Shown: positions 8,168-18,900 of the stretch, piece after piece
How positions within the stretch are numbered: position 1 is the stretch's first letter
Layout of the letters: every line of letters begins with the position of its first letter
From: a virus
IMG/VR virus record: IMGVR_UViG_3300025237_000001
Span: 96,001-160,000 of that record
DNA length: 64,000 bases
Direction: 5' to 3' (one strand)
Program-made: the position numbers and the translations under genes
Notes under the pieces: model-generated
What the model was told of the DNA's origin: nothing
Database searches by the model: none
What the model saw: the letters and a program-made list of their open reading frames with translations, nothing else

Positions 8168-9367
8168 ATGAATGATATAACATACGCAAATGAAATTATG
8201 AATTCACTTCTTATGGAAGCTGAATTAAAAGATAGTTTCGCTGAATTTGCTGAAGAGTCAATTATTAGGTTAGTTTTATCGAATGGTTCAGAAGAAACTT
8301 TTGAGGTCACTGAAAATCTTGCTGGTAGAATTGAAATGGTCGATAGAAAGAGTAAGATTAAATATACTTTTACCAAAGACGCAATAAATGATGGTACGAT
8401 GACATTACATAAAGTTGATTCATCTAAACCTAATTCTGAAGGTGCGAAGATAACTCTTAAATTAAAAGAGTTTATGACTAGTAAAAAAAATGGTGAATTA
8501 GTAAGTGTTGATATTGTTGACGATGAGATACATGAAAGACTTGGTGAGATTAATTCTCAATTGAAAAGTGCTTCGAAGGGTGATATTCTTTATATTTCAA
8601 CCGAAGAAAAGAATTCAAAGGGTGATATTGTAAATACTATTTTACTAAAGATTGTTGAATCTGAAGTGGAAATGTTAACTTGTGTTTTAGAAGGTATTGA
8701 ATCTGAGAATGATGGTGGTGAAACAAATAGTTATGCCATGGATAAATTAGTTAAAGTATTTAAGATGCATAACATTTATATTCGTAGTAATAATTTAGTT
8801 AAAATAGTTGACGGTTCTTTAACGTTAACATTAACGGTAGGTAAAAAACCTTTTGATATTCAAAATATAATATTCATTGAAACTCATCCGAATGAAGATA
8901 GTGATATTGATGTAGAAGATGCTAGAGAATTAGCAAAACAAGAATTTCTTCATCAACACGGAAACTCACCAGAATTTAAACAAGCACTTGCAAAAACTCC
9001 AACTTTTTGGGACACATTTATGGGTGCGACACCAAAAGGTCGTAAAGAAATTGAAAAGATTGTTAATAGAAGTGTAACGGATAATAGTTATTTAACCAAA
9101 GGGAATACAATAACATTTAAATTATTGTCAAATACTATATTCATTGACAGAGACTTTAAATTAACCCAAAATAAAAAAATATATGCTGGTACTATGGAAA
9201 AAAACAATGTTTTAAAACTTGGTACTAGGAGAAGAGGACATTTTGAACTTCAAATTACTAAAGAAGTGAGTCCGTCAATATACAACGTTAAAATAAGATT
9301 CTGTAACAAAGATTTAAATTGTGAATCTCAAGGTGAAGGTACAATAAAAGTGATAAGAAATGGCTAA
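8168..9367 (+). CDS. Hypothetical late protein
   Basis: 399-aa ORF behind ATATTTATA (8144-8152), overlapping the tape measure start. No recognisable domain. Confidence 0.65.
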   Translation: MNDITYANEIMNSLLMEAELKDSFAEFAEESIIRLVLSNGSEETFEVTENLAGRIEMVDRKSKIKYTFTKDAINDGTMTLHKVDSSKPNSEGAKITLKLKEFMTSKKNGELVSVDIVDDEIHERLGEINSQLKSASKGDILYISTEEKNSKGDIVNTILLKIVESEVEMLTCVLEGIESENDGGETNSYAMDKLVKVFKMHNIYIRSNNLVKIVDGSLTLTLTVGKKPFDIQNIIFIETHPNEDSDIDVEDARELAKQEFLHQHGNSPEFKQALAKTPTFWDTFMGATPKGRKEIEKIVNRSVTDNSYLTKGNTITFKLLSNTIFIDRDFKLTQNKKIYAGTMEKNNVLKLGTRRRGHFELQITKEVSPSIYNVKIRFCNKDLNCESQGEGTIKVIRNG

Positions 9368-11954
9368 GAAAAATAATTCTTCAAATAAAAAATTATCGGA
9401 CCACGAAATAAAGGTTGATTTAATCCGTGAGGCTTCACAAAGCTTAAAGGATTATAATAAACTTTTACAAGAAACTAGGGAGTTGGAAATTAATATTCAA
9501 CACCAGAAAATTCAACGTGATAAAATCAAAGCTATATTAGCTGAAAATAAATTAAAAGCTATTGGTTTAGGGTTATCACAAGCTCAAGTTGATGTATATC
9601 AAGATGAATTAGATGAAATAGAAAAAATTATTAAAGTTGGTGAGAAGTATAATAAAATTCAAAGAGAAGCTGTTAGTGAAGTTAAATTATTAGCCCTTTC
9701 TTGGAAAGAAGCTGGGAGACAAGTTAAGAATTTAGGAAAATACATTTACCAACAAGGTCCTTGGTTATTAGAACAACAAAAAGCCGTTAAAGGAACCGAG
9801 CTTTCAATGGGTATTCTTTCTAATCAAGCAAAAGGTTTTAGAAATAATATTTACAAAAGTTCATTAACAACAACCCAAATGGGTGTTGATACCAAAGACT
9901 TAGCTAAATTACATGGTACTTATTCAGATAAAATAGGACGTAGTGTTCAATTATCTGAGGAACAAATGGAATCTATGGCTGAATTAGCTAAAGGTACTGT
10001 TTTAGGTATTGAGGGTGCCGCAGAATTTGCTGCTGAGATGGAACACTTCAACGTATCAGTTAAGGGAAGTACCGCATTGGTTGAAGGTATGCTTAAACAA
10101 TCCCATAAAATGGGTGTTAATAGTGGTAAGGTAATTAAAAATGTTCAAAAGAACATTAAAATGCTCCACAAATACAATTTTAAGGATGGTGTTAAAGGTT
10201 TAACCAAAATGGCAGCTCTAGCTACCAAATTTAAATTTGAGATGGAATCAATAGCTGGTTTCGCTGATAATTTAATGACACCTGAAGGTGCTGTAGAAGC
10301 GGCTTCTAAATTACAAGTATTAGGTGGTGCGTGGGCTAAAATGGGTGACCCGTTTGAACTTATGTATAGAAGTAGAAATGATTTAACTGGTTTAACCGAA
10401 GATATTCTTGACGCTACAACTGCAACAGCTAGATTTGATAAAGATAGTGGGGAGATTACTATTGACCCAATGGAATTACATAGATTACGTGAGGTAGCTA
10501 AGGTAACTGGAATTAGTGCTGAAGAACTTAGTAAAATGGCTAAAGCAAAAGCGAGGTTCAACGCCATTACTAGTAATGTATCAAGTGCTTTTAGTGAAGA
10601 AGATAAACAATATATTGAAGGTTTAGCCACTTGGGACGATAAAAAGAAAGAGTTTGTAATTACAACTCAAGTAGGTGATGAAAGTGTAACTGAAAGTGTT
10701 AACGCTCTTAGACAAATAACACCTCAAATTATTAAATCTCAAGTAGATTTCCAACAAACACTTAAGAAAAATGCTACTCAAGCAATGACTTTTGCTGATA
10801 AATGGGAAGGTCTAGAAAATATGTTTAAATCCATGTTATTACCTGGTTTCGAATCCTTCGCAAAAGCAATGGAAGATACTATTGGAGACTTTCACGCATG
10901 GGCTAGTGACGCTAAACTTACTGAAAATTTAATAGATTTTGGTAAAAGTGTTGGTGAATTAGCTGGTAGTATAGTTAAATTTGCAGCTAATAACCCTTTT
11001 ACCGCTGGAATATTAGCATTGGTTGGTTCAGCTGCTGTATGGGTAGCCAGAGGTATGCAATTAGGTATGGGGTTCAATATGACAGCTAGTAAAATGGGTC
11101 TTGGTGGAGGCGGTGGTATGAACAAAGGTGGTATGTTTAAAAATGGTGCATTTAACTTAGGTAAAAATGGTTCAATGGCAATGGGTAAAAATGGTGGAAG
11201 ATTAGGTATGCTCGGTAAAATGGGTAGAGCTGGTCGTTCTGGTATGGGTATTGGTGCTGGTGTTATCGGTGGTGTAGCCGCTGGTTATGATGAATGGAGT
11301 GAAAACTCAGCCGCTGGAATGGATAATGGTGAAAATGCTAGTAGAACTGCTATGCGTGGAATTGGTGGTGGTCTTGGTGGTTGGGGTGGTGCCGCTGCTG
11401 GTGCTGCAATAGGTTCAGTTATACCAGTGATTGGAACTCTAGTTGGTGGAATTATTGGTGGTGCTCTTGGTGCTTGGGGTGGTAGTGAAATTGGTGATGT
11501 TGCTGGTGATTTTTCTCATGGTAAATCTGGAAGGAAATTGAATGATTTTATTTCAAGAGGTGGTGAAAGTCCTGTACCATTTAGTAAAGATGATACAGTA
11601 CTTGGGGCTAAGAAAGGTGGTCCGATTGATAATCTTTTAAATCAAAGTATGCCAGGTGATAATGACAGTAGTTTTAACACTAAAGCTATATTATCATCTA
11701 ATATTGGAAAAGCTTCTAGAGGTAATGCGATTGAAGAAGGAAAGTCTGTTATCCCTACTACACAAAAGGTTTCGGTTGAATTTAAACAACCTTTACGAGT
11801 TGAAGGTACACTAACTTTAGAGTCTAATGGACAAGAAATTAAATTAGATTTAAATGACCCAATATTGATGAGAGAGTTAAGTAAAGAAATGCAAATACAA
11901 TTAACTAAAGCGATTGGTGGTGGTAAGACTGCATCTACTCCTAACGCTGTATAA
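9360..11954 (+). CDS. Tape measure protein
   Basis: Long helical/coiled-coil protein downstream of the tube and chaperone genes. Gly-rich glycine-zipper region near the C-terminus. Confidence 0.8.
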   Translation: MAKKNNSSNKKLSDHEIKVDLIREASQSLKDYNKLLQETRELEINIQHQKIQRDKIKAILAENKLKAIGLGLSQAQVDVYQDELDEIEKIIKVGEKYNKIQREAVSEVKLLALSWKEAGRQVKNLGKYIYQQGPWLLEQQKAVKGTELSMGILSNQAKGFRNNIYKSSLTTTQMGVDTKDLAKLHGTYSDKIGRSVQLSEEQMESMAELAKGTVLGIEGAAEFAAEMEHFNVSVKGSTALVEGMLKQSHKMGVNSGKVIKNVQKNIKMLHKYNFKDGVKGLTKMAALATKFKFEMESIAGFADNLMTPEGAVEAASKLQVLGGAWAKMGDPFELMYRSRNDLTGLTEDILDATTATARFDKDSGEITIDPMELHRLREVAKVTGISAEELSKMAKAKARFNAITSNVSSAFSEEDKQYIEGLATWDDKKKEFVITTQVGDESVTESVNALRQITPQIIKSQVDFQQTLKKNATQAMTFADKWEGLENMFKSMLLPGFESFAKAMEDTIGDFHAWASDAKLTENLIDFGKSVGELAGSIVKFAANNPFTAGILALVGSAAVWVARGMQLGMGFNMTASKMGLGGGGGMNKGGMFKNGAFNLGKNGSMAMGKNGGRLGMLGKMGRAGRSGMGIGAGVIGGVAAGYDEWSENSAAGMDNGENASRTAMRGIGGGLGGWGGAAAGAAIGSVIPVIGTLVGGIIGGALGAWGGSEIGDVAGDFSHGKSGRKLNDFISRGGESPVPFSKDDTVLGAKKGGPIDNLLNQSMPGDNDSSFNTKAILSSNIGKASRGNAIEEGKSVIPTTQKVSVEFKQPLRVEGTLTLESNGQEIKLDLNDPILMRELSKEMQIQLTKAIGGGKTASTPNAV

Positions 11955-12170
11955 TAAATAACTCTTGAAACCCCTATAAAATAAGGGTAATTGAAGATTT
12001 ATTAAAAATAAATCAATTTTTACTTGCATTTTCTTTAAATATTTTGTTTTTTTTATATTATTAATAGAACTTAATAACTAATAACTAATAAGAATAATAT
12101 ATATAATTAATACTACTATTATACTAATATTGCGTAATTTAAATTTTAAGTTAAAATTTACTTCAATAGC
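11955..12170. other. Extremely AT-rich intergenic region with TAATAAC tandem repeats
   Basis: One of the longest non-coding gaps in the window. TAATAAC-TAATAAC-TAATAAG at about 12072-12092. Confidence 0.5.
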
Positions 12171-12171
12171 A

Positions 12172-12180
12172 ATATTTATA
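12172..12180 (+). promoter_or_regulatory. Putative late promoter motif ATATTTATA
   Basis: 14 nt upstream of ATG 12195; recurrent motif. Confidence 0.6.
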
Positions 12181-12194
12181 ATAAAAGAAAAGCT

Positions 12195-15100
12195 ATGGCT
12201 AATTCAATAAATGATGATTCACCCGAAATAAGAGATTCCTTATTAAGTAAAAACTTAATATTATCTGACACAGTGACAGATAATAGTTTAAGTGGAATAG
12301 CTAATGGATTAGGTTTACCTTCAAGCAACACATTACTTACTCACGTACCAGCCTCCGAAAATTTAGAGGTAACTGGTGAAGATGTACGTAGTGGTCTAGT
12401 AAGTAGAAATAGATATACTTCAACCGAAGATATGGTTTCTGCAACTATAATAGATAATAACTTCAATTATGACCAACAAGACGGTGGGTATATCACAGAA
12501 AACAATGAATTAAATTTTGGTGGTGCTGGCACTTCAGGATTAGATACACTTGACGCAATCACATCTCAACAAGGATTTGGATTAGATGGTGGTGGTTTAT
12601 ACCCACAAGGGGATATTAGAACTACTGTCGCTGGTAGGGTTTTAGGAGCCACTGGAGCTATTAATGATACTCCATTGGGGATTATTGGTGGTGAACAATT
12701 ATTATTAGCTCTAGGACAAAGAGCCACTTTCAATGCACAAAGAGAATTATTTGGTCAAGTTAATCTTAGTCCGTTTAGTTTATTGAGTGGTTCGGATTTT
12801 ATAGTACCTGACAATAGTATTACCGTAAGAAGCACAACTTTAGGTAGAATCGGGGATATCGCTTTAGATGTCACTGGATTTAATCTACCAATTCAAATTA
12901 TTGACGATGAAGCTTCAATCGAAAACCAAGATAGTATCGAAAGAAACAATGCGTTAATTAGATATACAGGCAAAGGGCAATTAATGCGTCTTTTCGATAA
13001 TTTAAATCAAAATAAATATAAACCTAATTATGTATCTGATGGCTCAGGTAGAAGTAAATTAGGTGTTAATCCAGAAGTTACTGAATATAGCCCAATAAGT
13101 AGTGGAACAACATTAGCTGAAAGAACTCAAACCGAACTTGGTATTGGTCTTAGTGAATTTGATGGTTCCGATAAAATATGGGACCCAAATGTGTTCCTTA
13201 GTGAATCAGGAACTTTGTTAGCTAAAACCAAAGAAATGTTCAATGATAGGATTAGTTACATGGTTCATTTTGGTGAACAAGGAACTCCAAGTGTTGATTT
13301 TTCACAATTAAATACACCTTCAGGTGGTAAATTATCTAAGGGTAGTGGTGTTTTAAGTGAAGCTTTCTTGAAAGAAGGTGATAAAGAAAATGTGTTTTGT
13401 AGAACTTGGACTTCAACGAAGACTTACTCTACCGTAGCAGATTTACAAAAAAATACAGGGTTATATAATTATAAAAATAAAATCAGACAGGATATTGAAG
13501 ATTCTGTATTGGGTGATAATGGATTTGTTAAAATATCTCCATATAAAGTACCTCAAGGTGAAGAAGATTCATATGATGCTAAGAAATTCATGTTTTCAAT
13601 TGAAAACCTTGCGTGGAATGATGATTTAATTAACTTACCAAAATTTGAAATTGGTAATGGTGACCCACAAACGGGTACCAAAGGAAGAATTATGTGGTTT
13701 CCACCATACGATATTAAATTCACTGATACAACATCGGTAGATTGGGATACAACTAAATTTATTGGTAGAGGTGAACCTATCTATACGTACAATTCTACTG
13801 AAAGAAGTGGAACTTTATCTTTCAAGGTGATTATAGATTACCCTGATTATATGAACGATAGTAAGATTAATACAAATGAGTTAATGTCTAGTTTGGCAGC
13901 TGGTTGTTTGGATTATAACAAATATTTCTCAACGAATGAAGAAAGAATGTTACAAGAGGAAATTAATAAAGATATTGTTACACCTAAAACAACTATAGGA
14001 ACTCAAGTTGTGAAGTATGATAATTTCAAATTCTTTTTTGATAATGATATTTCTATAATAGATTCAGGATATGAAACAATTGGTTTAAATGCGGATTGGC
14101 AAGGTCCTACATTTATTAGTGATTTGAAAAATCTATTTACACAAAATAAAGGAATTAAAGTTAAATTAAGTGGTTACGCTAGTAAACGTGGTAATACAAC
14201 AACAAATAAAATATTAAGTGATGATAGAATTACCTCAGTTAAAGCGTGGTTTGATACTAATATTGGAAGTGATTTAACATTCGGTGCAACTACTTCAGAA
14301 GGTGATACCAAAGCAGACCAAGCAATCGATGCAGATATTAATGCGGTAAGTGTTAAAAAAGAGAGATTTGTACTTGTGGATTTTGTATATAACCCTAGTA
14401 CTGATGAACAAGTAACTAATACAACTGATGTTAAAAAAGAAACAACTAATAATGAAAAGGAAGTTTTAGAAAAAGTTAAAAGAAGATTCCATAGAGAAGA
14501 CCAATATTTTGAAGAATTAAAGAAGAGTGATGTTAATAGTGATAAAATCATTTATGATAATATTAGGGAAAAGATTAAATTCTTTCACCCAGCGTTCCAT
14601 TCAACTACACCTGAAGGTTTTAACTCTAGATTAACATTTTTACACCAATGTACTAGACAAGGTTCTACAAAACTTAATAATAAAAGTTTTAATCTAGCGT
14701 TTGGTTCACCACCAGTATGTATACTTAGGATTGGTGATTTTTATAACACTAAAATAATTATAAATAATCTAGGTATTAATTACGAACCTCTAGTTTGGGA
14801 TTTAAACCCAGAAGGTGTTGGAGTCCAACCAATGATTGCAAATGTTGAAATAGCATTCAAATTTATAGGTGGTAGTGCATTAAATGGTCCAATTAATAAA
14901 TTACAAAATGCGGTATCATTTAATTACTTTGCAAATACAGGTGTTTATGACCCTAGAGCTGATAGGTTGGTTAGAAAAGATAATATTGACCCTGAAAATC
15001 CAGATGATTCAATATATGAATTTTCAGGTGGAGAAAAAGAATTTGGCGCAAAGGTTGACAGTGATACTGTTCAACCTAATAATAAACAAGCAAGTGATTT

Positions 15101-15581
15101 AGGGGTTCCTAATGATGCTAATGTAGTTGCGGAAAATGAAGCTCAAAAACAAGAAGAGGTGCTTTATGATGATAAATCAGAAGTTTCTAATATATCAGTT
15201 GTAGGTCATGACAGTTATGTTGCAGACCAAGATTACTTATATGTTGATTTCTCATACACACATAAGTCAACATCAATTTATAAATTAGAGAATTCTAATA
15301 GAGGTAATATATCATTAACTTCAAGTAGTGACCCAACATTGAATATTCAATTAGGTTATGTTCTTGCAGACCCAAATGATGCGACTAGTTTTATATTTGG
15401 GAGTTCAGATGGTTTAGAACAAATTATAATTAGTGAGAGTACTGGGACTACAGATTTCACAATATCATTCGTTGATTTCAATAGTGATATAGTATTATTA
15501 ATGAACCAAGTGCTTGCAGCTGGTGATGGGACATTAAAATTGGCTTGGACAAGTGGTTCAAGAAGTAATGTAAATTTTTAA
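12195..15581 (+). CDS. Baseplate/tail-tube initiator-like protein with an inserted OmpA-like domain
   Basis: Tube-initiator-like segments (WFPPYDIKFTD...GRGEPIYTY...RSGTLSF; PPVCILRIGDFYNTK) flank VKLSGYASKRG...NKILSDDRITSVKAWF, an OmpA C-terminal pattern. Confidence 0.65.
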   Translation: MANSINDDSPEIRDSLLSKNLILSDTVTDNSLSGIANGLGLPSSNTLLTHVPASENLEVTGEDVRSGLVSRNRYTSTEDMVSATIIDNNFNYDQQDGGYITENNELNFGGAGTSGLDTLDAITSQQGFGLDGGGLYPQGDIRTTVAGRVLGATGAINDTPLGIIGGEQLLLALGQRATFNAQRELFGQVNLSPFSLLSGSDFIVPDNSITVRSTTLGRIGDIALDVTGFNLPIQIIDDEASIENQDSIERNNALIRYTGKGQLMRLFDNLNQNKYKPNYVSDGSGRSKLGVNPEVTEYSPISSGTTLAERTQTELGIGLSEFDGSDKIWDPNVFLSESGTLLAKTKEMFNDRISYMVHFGEQGTPSVDFSQLNTPSGGKLSKGSGVLSEAFLKEGDKENVFCRTWTSTKTYSTVADLQKNTGLYNYKNKIRQDIEDSVLGDNGFVKISPYKVPQGEEDSYDAKKFMFSIENLAWNDDLINLPKFEIGNGDPQTGTKGRIMWFPPYDIKFTDTTSVDWDTTKFIGRGEPIYTYNSTERSGTLSFKVIIDYPDYMNDSKINTNELMSSLAAGCLDYNKYFSTNEERMLQEEINKDIVTPKTTIGTQVVKYDNFKFFFDNDISIIDSGYETIGLNADWQGPTFISDLKNLFTQNKGIKVKLSGYASKRGNTTTNKILSDDRITSVKAWFDTNIGSDLTFGATTSEGDTKADQAIDADINAVSVKKERFVLVDFVYNPSTDEQVTNTTDVKKETTNNEKEVLEKVKRRFHREDQYFEELKKSDVNSDKIIYDNIREKIKFFHPAFHSTTPEGFNSRLTFLHQCTRQGSTKLNNKSFNLAFGSPPVCILRIGDFYNTKIIINNLGINYEPLVWDLNPEGVGVQPMIANVEIAFKFIGGSALNGPINKLQNAVSFNYFANTGVYDPRADRLVRKDNIDPENPDDSIYEFSGGEKEFGAKVDSDTVQPNNKQASDLGVPNDANVVAENEAQKQEEVLYDDKSEVSNISVVGHDSYVADQDYLYVDFSYTHKSTSIYKLENSNRGNISLTSSSDPTLNIQLGYVLADPNDATSFIFGSSDGLEQIIISESTGTTDFTISFVDFNSDIVLLMNQVLAAGDGTLKLAWTSGSRSNVNF

Positions 15582-15584
15582 GAT

Positions 15585-15905
15585 ATGGCACAAAAATATT
15601 TAGATAGATACAATAGGTTTAAAAGTGATGATAATTACAAACCAGTTCCTGGAATTAAGATATCCGAAAAAAAGAGTGATAAATTCTTGACTTATAAGGG
15701 TGGAAGCACTAGATTTGATATACTTAGTCAAAAATATTATGATTCACCGTATTACGGTTGGTTAATAATGTTGGCTAACCCAGAATTTGGTGGATTAGAA
15801 TTTAATATACCAAATAATAAAACGATAAGAGTACCTTTCCCGTTAACCACTTCTATAAATGATTATATCGAAGAAGTGGATAAATATTTTAGATTATATG
15901 GCTAA
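15585..15905 (+). CDS. LysM-like baseplate wedge protein (gp53/gpX-like)
   Basis: TRFDILSQKYYDSPYYGWLIMLANP...IRVPFP. Confidence 0.75.
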   Translation: MAQKYLDRYNRFKSDDNYKPVPGIKISEKKSDKFLTYKGGSTRFDILSQKYYDSPYYGWLIMLANPEFGGLEFNIPNNKTIRVPFPLTTSINDYIEEVDKYFRLYG

Positions 15906-18900
15906 TTCAAATTCAATTGTACAAGCAGAACAAATACAAAACCTATTAGTAATTGACCCATCCGCAAAGGGTATGTCTAATGTTAATGTTGAGGACTTAA
16001 GTATTTCTGTTGAGTTAGAAGTTTACAAGAGGGATGAAAACCCAATTATTTTTAGTAATGGTGAAGTGACCACAGGGAATAAAACCAATCCAGAAGCAAC
16101 AAGAATTAGTTTTATTGATGGGGTTGGTGAAGAAGACCATTTAACAACACATTACACTGAATTAACAACCGATTTTGGAAAAGATAATGATGTTGGTTCA
16201 TTAGGTATTGAGAGTATCGACATAAGCTTTAATACATCATATGTTCCAATTGTTAAGATTAGATTTAAAGATATTAGAGCTAGGTTATTTGAAATGGGTG
16301 ATGAATCACCGTACAGTTTCTTATTTAAGATGCCATACCCAATCTTTTACCTAACAGTGAAGGGTTATTATGGAAAACCAGTTAAATATGCCTTACACCT
16401 TACTAAATTCAATGGACAATTAGATAATGATACAGGTAGTTTTATAATTACATGTGATTTCATAGGATATACATATGCGTTCTTAGCTGATTTATTAATG
16501 GGTATTTTGAAAGGAATCCCTTATACAAAACGTGGTATAGATTTAATGAAACCAGATTTTGTTTCATTTGATGAGTTAACCGCTGTAGTTAGTCAATTAG
16601 AAAAAAATATAACTAAATTTAATAAAAAAAATAAACCATTAAGAGCGTTATCAATATTCGGTGATTTAATTATAAAACTAAATGCTATTAGAGATAATTT
16701 AATTACATCCATAGCGTCCAATTCTTATAACGTTGTTGATAATACGAACCTTGTTGGTGCCGAATTCGTTTCTTGGGGTAGTCACATTAATATTGGACCT
16801 TCAAGTTCATTACCAAGTAGTGACCAAGATATTTATCAGAGAGAGGTTTTAGATTTCGTAGAACAATATAATAACCTTAATGATAAAAAAGGCGTACCTA
16901 GTTATAAATTAAATAAGGAAGATTTTCTATTAGACAATGATGGTGTTTGGATTAATAACTATAACACAAATGATTTCATAGTACCAGATGGAATTCTTAA
17001 TGGTATACCCAAAACATTTGAAGAATTTCAAAATTCTAGTTTAGATAAGTATCCAAATTATGCAACAACTGACGATAAAGAATTAAGAGCAAAATATAAT
17101 AACTTCATTAAAATAGTTGATTATAAATCTAAAAACATTAGCAACTTCACCTATAATTTTAAAGAAAATATGACTCTTTTTGATATTAGATTTGCAATAG
17201 CTAAAATAGATAAATTAAATTTATTAATAACTAACGATTATAAAGAAGCTAAAAAAGATGTTACTGAAACATTTATAGATGGTATAACAGAATATTTAGA
17301 AAAGGATGGAAGCGTTTTTGATGCTTCAATAGGTTCTTTGTTTAAAATCTTATGTAGTCATGTTGATTTATTTGTTGATGTAATAAAAGACCTTGAGAAA
17401 GATATTAAAGAAGATGTTATTAGTGGTCAAAGAAATGTCAGTGAAGCGGATAAAACTAATTTTAGTCAATACACTGATGGTACAGGATTAACTGAAATTC
17501 CAGTTAATGCTTTCCCTGAATATATCGAAAAAGAAATTATCACTGATAGTGATGGTAAGAGTAATAGTGCTTTAGTTGAAAAATGGTTAGGTTCAGCTAT
17601 TAACCCTGATATTAGGAAATATAAAGAAGTATTGTTTATTGATGATTTATATGATTCAATGATAAAAGCGGCTAAAAAAGATAGTGAAAATTTACTAAAT
17701 TTAGTCCAACTTCCAAAGGGTTGGTACCCAGTAAACCCGTTAGAGACTAAAGCGTTTAATAGTAATAATACAAACCCATGGGAGGTTGCGGAAAACTTAA
17801 CGAGTGGACCTATTTTAAAATTAATGCATCAAAGAATGTCATTATTTTTAGGTTATAGTAACGATTTTAGCGATACTGATAAAAATTATGATAGAGAGAT
17901 TATAAATATGGCTAAAATTGAAGCTAATCAATTAAATGAAAGTATATTAGACTCAGGGGTTAAAAAACAAATAATATGGCAAGATGCAAATTCAAGTGAA
18001 TGGGCAAAAAGGGTAGAGACAACGTTAGGTGACGGTGATGAGTCCTTTGGGTCAATGGGTAAAGACTTTGATTTAAGATTATATTATGACGATTCATTTT
18101 TTAGCTCTAATGATGAGTATGTATATAGACATGGATTAGAAACCTCAAATGATGTTGCCCTTCTAGATTCAGAACAAAACATTTCAATTACACAAACAGA
18201 AGGTAATTTAACAAAAGGGATTAATACCACAAATACACCGACTTTATTTGGTACTTCGGTAGTTTCAAATATAGATACACCAAGTACGGAGATAGTTGAG
18301 AATTTTATTAAGATAATACCTTATGACACATATAGTCAGGATTATAAATATGAATCATGGTTAGGTGATTCACCTAGTAGGGACACTAAAAAAACAACTA
18401 GACTTACTAAAAATATAAATGAGGTAAATGATTTCCATAGTGGTCTTTATAAAACCCACGAATTTTCTACGTATATAGATGATGAAATAGGTTTTGACAA
18501 CTATAATTTATCTTATGAATTTTATGATAAAGAACTTAAACTTAACCTTCTGCAAAACGCAAAAGGTGTTAATAAACCATTCTCTTTTCAATCGAAATTT
18601 ATTAGTAATGGTAAGGAATTTTCACTTTTTGGTAGTGAATGGTATTATGCTCAAACTGATATAAGTAAAGCGTTATTATTCTTACACTCAATTCCTTTTG
18701 ATGGGACTAACTTAGAATCAAAAGGTAGTACTGAACTTATGCATGGTATGTTAAGTGATAAAAATTTAAAATTCTTTAATGAAAGAGCTGGCTTCGTTTT
18801 AGTACCAGATTCTTGGTTATTATTACTTGGCGGTCTATTATATAGAGAATCATTAAATAATGAAATGATTATGTTTAGTGACGCTAATGGTTCATTAGTT

